DNA of 44,805 nucleotides from a virus: the IMG/VR virus record IMGVR_UViG_3300045988_165656; one strand, written 5' to 3'. Both the position numbers and the translations under genes were made by a program. Each line of letters opens with the position of its first letter. The stretch's first letter is position 1. Below the pieces are notes generated by a model. The model had not been told where the DNA came from and ran no database searches. It saw nothing but the letters and a program-made list of their open reading frames with translations. Below are positions 25,527 through 33,870 of the stretch, one piece after another.

Positions 25527-25946
25527 TTATACTCCTGTACTCCCAAAGCCGTTGCTTCCACGTTCCTCAATATCCTCTGTGACAAAATCAGCAATAACAA
25601 CTGGTGTAATTACCAATTGGCCAATTCTGTCACCGTTATGTACAATGAAGGATTCTCTACCTACGTTTGTAACGATCGCGTGAATTTCTCCACGGTAACC
25701 AGAATCAATTGGAGGAAGCTCACAAACAATTCCCTTTGTGCTCAAGCCGCTTCTTGGAAATACGCATGCAGCATAACCATCAGGGAGAATCAATCCCAAA
25801 CCGAGAGGAATCTTACGAGTGTGATTCGGAGGAATTACAATTGTTCCTTCACCTGTGATATGAGCATGTACATCTGCACCTGCATCGTTTGCGTGAGCTC
25901 TAAGCGGCAGTTTCTCATAGCCGTAGTCCAACACCTTAATCTTCAT
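25527..25946 (-). CDS. dut: Trimeric dUTPase-family nucleotidohydrolase
   Basis: AGADVHA, PRSGLS, IDSGYRGEI and C-terminal RGSNGFGSTG motifs. Confidence 0.9.
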   Translation of the reverse strand: MKIKVLDYGYEKLPLRAHANDAGADVHAHITGEGTIVIPPNHTRKIPLGLGLILPDGYAACVFPRSGLSTKGIVCELPPIDSGYRGEIHAIVTNVGRESFIVHNGDRIGQLVITPVVIADFVTEDIEERGSNGFGSTGV

Positions 25947-26739
25947 ACTTTTCCTCCTTCAAAATGCCATAGTCTTCACATGCCAGAACCAAATCAATTT
26001 TTGGAGTTTCACTTTTTTCAACAATTTGCTCCAAAATGAACTTGTAGCACATCAACTTTTCAAAATCGACCGAAATTTGAAGAGTTGGAATTGTAGCAGC
26101 CGCTCTTACGATGTCATCATAATTGCGTTCATACACGTGCAGACTTACGACTGTATGCGTATATGTGCCACATTCAACGTCCAGTCTTTTGGCGATATAT
26201 TTCTGCAGCTCAGTGAAGAAAATCGTGTCATACGGTAAACCATACCAAACGTCATTGCTGCGCATGATTCCATAACCGTGTAGCTTGCCGTCACGAATGA
26301 GGAACTGCAATGCAATCGTGCAAATCTCATCCTTCGTCTCAATCACACGTTTATTTGGAACATTGAAATTGATAACTGCCCGTCTGCTTGTAGGGTCACT
26401 GCACAAAAGCTGAATGATCTTCTCGACCTGATTGAAACCGTGTCTACCGAAGACAATATCACCATACGCTGAATATGAGGTTACTCCGTCATCCGAGATG
26501 CGACCCCAAAGACCTGCGAATTTGTTTATAAAGCCTACATCATTGCGCCCAAGAGCGTACCAGAGCAGCTCTCCGCAAATGTACGGCTTTGAGATATTTC
26601 TCACGTTGATAACGTTATTATCCAAATTAGTCAGCGTGAATGAATATCCGTTTAGCTCTTTCGTTCCTCTCACTTCGGGTGCATCTACCAAATCGCTACA
26701 AATTTTTTTGTAAATGCTATCCATGTTGTTTGCAATCAT
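25936..26739 (-). CDS. ThyA-family pyrimidine C5 transferase, predicted dCMP-specific (hydroxymethylase or methylase)
   Basis: Aligns without gaps to E. coli ThyA from the catalytic Cys (EICTIALQF) through RSND to GLPYD. Asp replaces the specificity residue Asn177. Confidence 0.75.
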   Translation of the reverse strand: MIANNMDSIYKKICSDLVDAPEVRGTKELNGYSFTLTNLDNNVINVRNISKPYICGELLWYALGRNDVGFINKFAGLWGRISDDGVTSYSAYGDIVFGRHGFNQVEKIIQLLCSDPTSRRAVINFNVPNKRVIETKDEICTIALQFLIRDGKLHGYGIMRSNDVWYGLPYDTIFFTELQKYIAKRLDVECGTYTHTVVSLHVYERNYDDIVRAAATIPTLQISVDFEKLMCYKFILEQIVEKSETPKIDLVLACEDYGILKEEKYED

Positions 26740-26953
26740 GTTTCTTCTCTCCTAACATTTCGTAAATTTTTCTGAATGAGGTCATTTGTGCAATTTCGTT
26801 CATTGTGAATTTCACGTCGAATTCGTCCTCGATAGCGACGATTAAACCGATATGAGCAAGACTGTCCCATCCATCGGTATTTTCTGGTGTAGAATTTTCA
26901 TCTACCTCTACTTTCAGCACTTCGCGAAAGATTTCTTTCAATCGTTCGAGCAT
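26717..26953 (-). CDS. Acyl carrier protein
   Basis: 78 aa, acidic, with the phosphopantetheine-attachment context GWDSLAHIGLIVAIEDEF. Ends in TAG and overlaps the next start. Confidence 0.8.
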   Translation of the reverse strand: MLERLKEIFREVLKVEVDENSTPENTDGWDSLAHIGLIVAIEDEFDVKFTMNEIAQMTSFRKIYEMLGEKKHDCKQHG

Positions 26954-28545
26954 TCAATCACCTCATTTTTTTCAGTATAGTCATCAACGTTTAACATCCA
27001 ACGAGCAACCGAATATTTGGTGAAACCTAACTTTTGGTATATGTCAAGATTTGAGTTGTTTCTGTCGTTTTCGAAAAAAAGTCCTACAACCTGTTTGATA
27101 CCTCTTGATTTGCATTCATCGATGAAAGAATCAAATAATGCAAATTCCAAATCTCGTTTGAGAACTCTACAGCTCATCACCCAAATATCTATGACAGCTG
27201 AATCGTTTTCCATCTTTGCAGAAATAACACTGACTAAACCGTTATCACCAAATTTGTCTTTTAGCTTTGCTGTCAGCGTGAATCTGTTCTCGTTGCGAAG
27301 AACACTCTCGCTGATTTTGTATCCTGTCAAATTGAATTGGTGCGTTTTGTTGATTAGCTGAATAGATCGCTCAATCGTGTCATCGTTTAACATTTCGATT
27401 TTTGCTTGCATGTGCAAACTTTCCAAATATTCGCGATAGTCGGAAAATTTACCTTCGAACGATTGTCTTTCGGCGTTCGCTTTGTACATATCTGCCCTAT
27501 TCAGATCGTCGTTTGTAACGATCGTCGGTTCGAAATACGCTTGCTTATCCAATTCTCTTATTCTCTCGGTGATATCTGCCATGAGTGGCGTTTCAACTCC
27601 GAGCTGTTCATGAACCAGATAACGTTCCGCTTCATTGTCGTCGATGAACACAAAATCAGTAGGTGCAATGCCGACTTCTTCTGATAATCGTTCCAAGTTA
27701 CTAGCTTTGTCGTTCCAATTTGCAAGTATGATAGGAAAATCAGATTCGCCGAGAATTCCTCCAGATGTTCTCAACGCACTCAGAGCAGCATCTTCGTTAT
27801 TCTTCGATATAACATATAACGGCACATTCAAATCCTTGATGTACTGTTGGAACTCTCTGAATGCTCTACCTATAGCATTATCTGCGGCAACATTTACCGT
27901 GCCTTCTCCTGCTAATCCATCCCACAATGTGTTATCCAAATCAATTGCGATGGCTTTTTTATTTTCACCGCAAATAGACTTTATGATATGCAAAATATTC
28001 GAACACAATATTGGAATTGCAGCAACGTCTAACGCATAACCATACATGTACCAATGAGACAGATTGTGCCATTTTTCAAGACCGTAATTCGCAGAAAGCC
28101 AATTGATGTCATTGATATGGAACCAATCGTGACTTGCCGCAAAGTCATAAAACTTCTCATTGAGTTTTGCTAAAAATCTAGATTTGCCTCTAACATCGTA
28201 GCAATCTCGATTTCCTAACAATCGATAAAACGGCATCTCGAAATTATTTTGGATAACATGGCAATCATAATCGTCATGCAACTTCAACCACATTTCTTCA
28301 TACCGATTATATTCGTTGTCCAGTTTTCTCAGGATCTCATCTGGTGAATCTTTCACGTTCGGCTCATAAATTATATTCCTATTTGTAGTGTGAATGTAGA
28401 TGAAATCTGGAGTGAATCCGTGAAAATCACCATACATCGCTGTTTCCCAAAACTTGCCGAAATCGTCCTCGTAAACCTCGTGATGTTCTCCTAAAATTTT
28501 GGCAATATGAGCAGTAGTGGAACCTCCCAAAATAGCTATCTTCAT
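26938..28545 (-). CDS. FkbH-like HAD-IIIC phosphatase/acyltransferase (glyceryl-ACP loading type)
   Basis: IAIDLDNTLWDG, VISKNNEDAA, ANWNDKASNL, FVFIDDNEAER and C-terminal VMSCRVLKRDLE match the FkbH-domain blocks. ATG at 28545 overlaps the upstream stop (ATGA). Confidence 0.85.
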   Translation of the reverse strand: MKIAILGGSTTAHIAKILGEHHEVYEDDFGKFWETAMYGDFHGFTPDFIYIHTTNRNIIYEPNVKDSPDEILRKLDNEYNRYEEMWLKLHDDYDCHVIQNNFEMPFYRLLGNRDCYDVRGKSRFLAKLNEKFYDFAASHDWFHINDINWLSANYGLEKWHNLSHWYMYGYALDVAAIPILCSNILHIIKSICGENKKAIAIDLDNTLWDGLAGEGTVNVAADNAIGRAFREFQQYIKDLNVPLYVISKNNEDAALSALRTSGGILGESDFPIILANWNDKASNLERLSEEVGIAPTDFVFIDDNEAERYLVHEQLGVETPLMADITERIRELDKQAYFEPTIVTNDDLNRADMYKANAERQSFEGKFSDYREYLESLHMQAKIEMLNDDTIERSIQLINKTHQFNLTGYKISESVLRNENRFTLTAKLKDKFGDNGLVSVISAKMENDSAVIDIWVMSCRVLKRDLEFALFDSFIDECKSRGIKQVVGLFFENDRNNSNLDIYQKLGFTKYSVARWMLNVDDYTEKNEVIECSND

Positions 28546-29018
28546 CAAATCATCCTTTCGATCTCGTTAACTACCTCATCAACAGTCTTACCTGTGGTGT
28601 CAACAAGAGGAAATAAACACGAATCTGAAAGTGTGACATAGTCACGATTGATATTTTTCACTAATTCGAAATCTTCGACGTATTCGTCACCTCTAGCTTC
28701 GAGTCGTTTCTTCAATTCAGATTCGCTCGCCGTCAAGATAAACACTTTACAACCGTAGCTGTCCAACAAAGTAAATAACATGTCCTCAACAGTATCATCG
28801 AATTTTGGTTTGCGACCGAAATATCTTGGATAGATGAGCTCGCTGATGAAACAACGATCATGTACCATGTTATCTGGCACCATTACTTCCATATACTTTC
28901 TTATTGTACCGTCACCGTCATGAGTAAGTCTGATGATGTCACAATGCAAGCGATTGGCCAATTTTTCAACAACTGACGTTTTACCTGTACAATCGCATCC
29001 TTCGATCAAAATTCTCAT
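28545..29018 (-). CDS. Thymidylate-kinase-like dNMP kinase
   Basis: P-loop ILIEGCDCTGKTS (compare Tmk EGxDGxGKT). ATG at 29018 follows SD gaggagg. Confidence 0.65.
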   Translation of the reverse strand: MRILIEGCDCTGKTSVVEKLANRLHCDIIRLTHDGDGTIRKYMEVMVPDNMVHDRCFISELIYPRYFGRKPKFDDTVEDMLFTLLDSYGCKVFILTASESELKKRLEARGDEYVEDFELVKNINRDYVTLSDSCLFPLVDTTGKTVDEVVNEIERMI

Positions 29019-29189
29019 TTGTTCCTCCTCACGGTTCATTTCTTGTGAATCTCACAACTGCAACAAATTTTTTCCGGCTGAGATCATATGTCATATGCCA
29101 GTCAATCACCGCTACCTTATTGGATAACTGTGCTAACTGTGCTGCAAGATTGACTCTGTTCATAGCCTCAAAGCTGATACATTCGACCA

Positions 29190-31076
29190 TTATGCACCTT
29201 CTTTCTTGACAAATATACGATACTTCTTACCTTTGATCGTCTTGTCCTTGATGTCAAAGTCAAACTGCTTTTTGACCTGTTTAGAAAACTCAATGTGTGA
29301 CATCGGATTGAATGCATTTGCCAAACAAAATTCACCGTACAATTTGTAGATTTCTTTTGTTGGTTCATTCTCGATGTCATCAGCACCGACTTCTTTGAAG
29401 AACAATTGGATAGGATTGTTCGTCTCTTCATATTCTTCGATTGACTTCTGAACCTTATCTGACTTCGTGAACGCATTATTGCTCAAAATACGTTTCAAAC
29501 CTTTGATTCCTAAGATTATGAGGTACTCCAGAACTTCAGGTTCGATTAGCTTATATTTGATATATGGGTCAAAATCAGGGTCATCCTTAGAGAATCTAGC
29601 ATCAAATGGAATGATAACCAATCGACTCAATACCGCACCCGATTTGTCTTTCATTCTAGGAATATTATTGGCTGAGAATAATAGCTTACAATACGGTGCG
29701 AAGAAGAATTCGTTTTGGCCTTTCTTTTCACCTTTTATCGGATCTCCAGAAACAATTTTCTTGAATATCGATGGATTTGCAATGAAGTCATCGCCAATAT
29801 CATCACCGATATTTGCCAATTTTCCGAATAACGATGCTGATGAAAATCTGTCACCCAATTCATTCAGGTCCAATGCTGCCGTATTATCATCACCGAGTAA
29901 TTCTTTAAGCATTGATAAATATGTAGACTTACCATTCTTCTTGTCACCTGTTAGGATAAATGATTTTCTCAACTCATTTCGTCGATAGAAACAATAACCA
30001 ACAGCTTCTTCCAACAACGCTCTGATATTAGGATCGTTGCATGATAATTTATCAAGCGTGCCGTCCAACAATTCACTTTTAGCATTTGAATTATAGTTGA
30101 AATTGATTTTGTTAGTGATAATTATGTCAGGTGAAAAATCAGTCAATGTGTCTTCTTCGATGTCATAAATTCCATTTTTGAATGCTATGTACCTAGCATC
30201 ACTAGGACGAGTATTTTTCCGTGTTAGCACGTCAAGATAACTCAACACCTCAGTTCGCTTTGAGCGATTCAAATTTGGAATGTGTTCGATCATCGCTGCT
30301 TCGATGTCCAATTGGCCAGGAACATAAATTCCATCATGATAAATATGCAACTGCCCGTTGATTCTCACTATGTGATGAGTATTCTTCAAATATATTGCAA
30401 ACTTGTCAAATTGAAATTTTCCGTTTTTGAAGAACATCGGTTTTTTGAATGCTTCATCTCTGAGAATCGTGTTCAGTTCTGATTCATCTAATTTGTCTTT
30501 TAACAAATACTCGTTGATGATGCCGATGCACTCTCGAGCTTCGTCAACTGAAAAATCATTCGATTGCAATGTCAAAATATAATTGAACAGCGTTTGATTT
30601 CTACCATCGCCTCTCTCCATTTCCAAGAAATCGATCGAGCTTTTGACCGGTATCAACCATTTTGGAACGGTGTCATATTCGTCGCAATCGTAAATTATTT
30701 CACGTTCTCGATCATCATATTTCAAAATCGAATATGAGTTTTTTGTCCCTATTTTGATATCTGCGGTTAGGCCGCAAGCCAATTTAGTACGAATCTTGTT
30801 CGTCTCAAGTTTGTCATTGATAAACAAAAAATGCTTTCCTCTGGTGGTCTGATAAACTCTGCATTGCAACTTCATTTCCTGAACAATCTTGAACAGAATT
30901 TCTGACTGCTCAAAATCATCGATGTCGATCAGAGCTGTTTCATCAGATAAAATACCAGCATACTCAGGTAAGTTTTTCACTTGCTCGTACGTTTGTAATT
31001 CTTCTGACGTTTTACCTTTGAATTTCAACAGGCATTTCTTGTCTTTCGTAGGAACATATCCTTTGAAAAAATTCAC
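29190..31076 (-). CDS. Bifunctional primase-polymerase / SF3 (D5/P4-type) helicase
   Basis: N-terminal prim-pol-like region (ALIDIDD...TTRGKHFLF). Walker A GDKKNGKST within a P4/D5-like C-terminal domain. Confidence 0.85.
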   Translation of the reverse strand: MNFFKGYVPTKDKKCLLKFKGKTSEELQTYEQVKNLPEYAGILSDETALIDIDDFEQSEILFKIVQEMKLQCRVYQTTRGKHFLFINDKLETNKIRTKLACGLTADIKIGTKNSYSILKYDDREREIIYDCDEYDTVPKWLIPVKSSIDFLEMERGDGRNQTLFNYILTLQSNDFSVDEARECIGIINEYLLKDKLDESELNTILRDEAFKKPMFFKNGKFQFDKFAIYLKNTHHIVRINGQLHIYHDGIYVPGQLDIEAAMIEHIPNLNRSKRTEVLSYLDVLTRKNTRPSDARYIAFKNGIYDIEEDTLTDFSPDIIITNKINFNYNSNAKSELLDGTLDKLSCNDPNIRALLEEAVGYCFYRRNELRKSFILTGDKKNGKSTYLSMLKELLGDDNTAALDLNELGDRFSSASLFGKLANIGDDIGDDFIANPSIFKKIVSGDPIKGEKKGQNEFFFAPYCKLLFSANNIPRMKDKSGAVLSRLVIIPFDARFSKDDPDFDPYIKYKLIEPEVLEYLIILGIKGLKRILSNNAFTKSDKVQKSIEEYEETNNPIQLFFKEVGADDIENEPTKEIYKLYGEFCLANAFNPMSHIEFSKQVKKQFDFDIKDKTIKGKKYRIFVKKEGA

Positions 31077-31276
31077 TTACCGTCACTCCGTTGCCATTTA
31101 TTTGAGCAGTACACACATTTTGTTGATGTGCCACGTCTCAAGTTATCACCTCTTACTGCTTTCGTTCTTCCACAAATATCACACATGCAATTCCAATATG
31201 CTCGTTTCTTGTTGTCGAGAAAACTAAATTCAAAAACGTGCCAATGGCCAAAAGTTTGGCCGCTTATATCTATCAT
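31073..31276 (-). CDS. Small zinc-ribbon protein
   Basis: 67 aa with CMCDICG...CVYC. Overlaps both neighbours. Confidence 0.45.
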   Translation of the reverse strand: MIDISGQTFGHWHVFEFSFLDNKKRAYWNCMCDICGRTKAVRGDNLRRGTSTKCVYCSNKWQRSDGK

Positions 31277-33216
31277 GTTTGCATCACTCCAAACTGAGTT
31301 AGTCTATCTTTTGCCATTTTGATGTACCATTCTCTATCGAGTCTCCAACCAACAGTTGCTTTTTTCACATCATCGTTCACGATGAAGCAATGTTCTGGAG
31401 TATTTGCAAATTTTTCAATAATTGCACCGTCAGTCTTTTGCTTTCCAATAAAACCGTCTGTCGTTTTTACTGAAGCGAATACTCTGAATGTTCTATCGTT
31501 CAATTTGACATTTCCATGACTATCGGCGGAGTGTGTTTCATAATATTTACACCCATTACACTCGCAGCGGTTAATGTCGATTTCTCCAAATTTATCCGGA
31601 TTATGAACGTTTGGATTCGAACACGAATATAAATGGAAACGACTGTCACCCAAATCTTTCATGTATTTACATGTTTCATCTTTGTAATCACTAGGATATT
31701 TTGACAGTGCATGCCAGCTGTTCTTAAACTTACCTGAAAGCTTGACGATCTTTTGGAACATAATGAGATCGTTGCATTCAGCGATCGTCTTTTCGACTGG
31801 AATACCGATTGTCATATAGTCAACCATTGCTTTATTGACAATTGGCAAATCATAATCCAATGTATTTTGCTTTTTGACGTATGAACCTTTTGATTTGTAG
31901 TGTCCATCACCATCGACAACAACATAATTGTTAACGTCTTTTTGGAAAATACGTCGATATTCATCAAATTCCATATTCAAACCAGTACGCTGTTCCCATT
32001 CATAAACGATGTCGTCAATGATTTCAAACCATTTGTTTTCATCTTTGTCGTCAGGCATTCTAATCAAAATACCATCGGTGTTCGACTGAATGATTTCTGC
32101 ATATGGTTCCAATTTTTCCATCAAATCCAACAGCAGTAACTGTCCAAAAATACAAATGTTATTTGCCATCAACGGATCGTATAACTGGTTGTTTTTATCT
32201 TTGAGACAACCGTATGTACCATTCAACAACCATTTCAACGGTGCTTGCAATGGATTCTTTTCCGCTTTGTATTTTATTCGTTGATGGTAAATATCAATGA
32301 ACTTTTGAGGGTCCTTAATGTTTCTAGAATGCAAATTGTATTGGATCATAAGCGAAGGATATAGGCTTCTAACGTCCATATTGATGAAATAACCTTCAGC
32401 GACATATTTCTTGCGAGCCGAGTGAATACCACCCCAACCGAATAGTGTTTCTACACCTGCGACTAAAACTGTCAACGATTTTGAATAATCTCGATTGTTC
32501 ACATCTTTATACCAATCTACAACATTGGTATATTTGGATATTCTCAATGTATCTGGGAACGAAATGTCAAATTCGTCTCCTCTTGATTCACGAGGTCTGT
32601 GAGCATCAAGAATCATTGCTGACAACTGTGCTTTCGTTCTGCTGATATTTGACATCGGCAAACCGAACATTTTTATCATGCCGATTTGGGCATCGAAATC
32701 GTCTTTCCGTGAGAAGAAAACTTCGATAGTTTGCTCAACATCATGTCGGCAATATTTGACGGTTTCTTCGATCTCACTTTTAGTCAACTTTCTATCAATG
32801 TCGAACGGCACAGATGTTTCTTTGATATCATTTCCCATAAAACCTTCAAGTGACTTAAGGCCTCTGTCACTACGATACATCACGTCGTAATTGTACATTT
32901 GGAATTTTCTGAATAGGCCACTGAATTGCCATCCATATTTTCCTTTAGCGATAATGAAATCATTGACTTCCTTAGGATTGAATCCACAAAGAATTGCTTT
33001 CAGAATATATTGGTCATAGTGGTTGTTATTATAACCAACCCAAATTTGATTCTTGTGAGCATCGTAATATTCTTGGAGCTTCTCTTTGTCGTTGATAATC
33101 ACCACTTCTGATTTTTCGTAGATATTGATAATTGCAACGAGCCAATCTTCTTTGAACACCTCAAAATCGTAGAAATTGAGAATTGAACTCACCTCCTGAC
33201 TAACCCACCTTCCCAC
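31273..33216 (-). CDS. Family-B-like DNA polymerase with 3'-5' exonuclease domain (start codon uncertain)
   Basis: Exo motifs FYDFEVF, NNHYDQYIL and YCRHDVEQT. Polymerase motifs DVRSLYPSLM and QSNTDGILI. There is no ATG in the first ~100 codons. Confidence 0.8.
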   Translation of the reverse strand: MGRWVSQEVSSILNFYDFEVFKEDWLVAIINIYEKSEVVIINDKEKLQEYYDAHKNQIWVGYNNNHYDQYILKAILCGFNPKEVNDFIIAKGKYGWQFSGLFRKFQMYNYDVMYRSDRGLKSLEGFMGNDIKETSVPFDIDRKLTKSEIEETVKYCRHDVEQTIEVFFSRKDDFDAQIGMIKMFGLPMSNISRTKAQLSAMILDAHRPRESRGDEFDISFPDTLRISKYTNVVDWYKDVNNRDYSKSLTVLVAGVETLFGWGGIHSARKKYVAEGYFINMDVRSLYPSLMIQYNLHSRNIKDPQKFIDIYHQRIKYKAEKNPLQAPLKWLLNGTYGCLKDKNNQLYDPLMANNICIFGQLLLLDLMEKLEPYAEIIQSNTDGILIRMPDDKDENKWFEIIDDIVYEWEQRTGLNMEFDEYRRIFQKDVNNYVVVDGDGHYKSKGSYVKKQNTLDYDLPIVNKAMVDYMTIGIPVEKTIAECNDLIMFQKIVKLSGKFKNSWHALSKYPSDYKDETCKYMKDLGDSRFHLYSCSNPNVHNPDKFGEIDINRCECNGCKYYETHSADSHGNVKLNDRTFRVFASVKTTDGFIGKQKTDGAIIEKFANTPEHCFIVNDDVKKATVGWRLDREWYIKMAKDRLTQFGVMQT

Positions 33217-33229
33217 CCAGTCAAAAGAA

Positions 33230-33679
33230 TCATTCTACTTCGAACGAATCAATAATTTCGAACGTGTTGAAACCTTTCTTGTTCTCGCCATAGTCAAGAA
33301 CAAATTCAACCTTGTCCTCGATTTCTTCGAAGATGTCTGCAAGCATCTCTGCATACTGAGAGTAAGACTCGAACTGTACATCAACAGTAGTTTCAAGAGA
33401 ACGTAAGAACTCATCTGCGATGTGAATCTGGAAGCCCTGAGTGATGACCTGATTCATAAAGATCAAAGAACCCTTATACTCGCCATTGGTAACCTTGAAC
33501 CAAACGCTTACCTTCGGGTCACCCTTCTTGGATTCTGTCAGTTCGAGCTTGGTGATCGCTACCTCATACTTACCGTGAGGCACTTCCTTGAAATCACCTC
33601 CGCCGTTTTCTTCTGCATCCATGATGTCCTGCTTCAGACCTTCGAGGTCTACCTGTTTGTCAAATTTGCTGAAATCCAT
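33230..33679 (-). CDS. DUF669-like protein (SSB-like partner of Sak4 recombinases)
   Basis: 149 aa. The segment VPHGKYEVAITKLELTESKKGDPKVSVWFKVTNGEYKGSLIF is typical of DUF669. Confidence 0.7.
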   Translation of the reverse strand: MDFSKFDKQVDLEGLKQDIMDAEENGGGDFKEVPHGKYEVAITKLELTESKKGDPKVSVWFKVTNGEYKGSLIFMNQVITQGFQIHIADEFLRSLETTVDVQFESYSQYAEMLADIFEEIEDKVEFVLDYGENKKGFNTFEIIDSFEVE

Positions 33680-33699
33680 ATGTAAATTCCTCCTTGAAA

Positions 33700-33870
33700 T
33701 TATTCAACAATGATCGTGCGTACTTCGTCGAGATTGTAGAATGCAATCCAGATTCTATCTTTCATCACAATGAAAAACTTTCCATCGTAGGTGTAGTCAT
33801 CCCATTCGTCTTTTTCCCACTCTGCGAAATTTCCGTCTTTCATCGTGACAGTGATTTTTTCAAGATTCAT
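33700..33870 (-). CDS. Hypothetical 56-aa protein
   Basis: ATG overlaps the upstream stop (ATGA). Reads MNLEKITVTMKDGNFAEWEKDEWDDYTYDGKFFIVMKDRIWIAFYNLDEVRTIIVE. Below the ORF-track length cutoff. Confidence 0.4.
   Translation of the reverse strand: MNLEKITVTMKDGNFAEWEKDEWDDYTYDGKFFIVMKDRIWIAFYNLDEVRTIIVE

Noticed and set aside
29029-29163. 44-aa minus-strand ORF (MNRVNLAAQLAQLSNKVAVIDWH...) between the primase-helicase and the kinase gene
   Set aside because: Its only SD-like element (gagg) is 2 nt from the ATG. The ORF is short and has no recognisable motif. There is not enough support to call it a gene.
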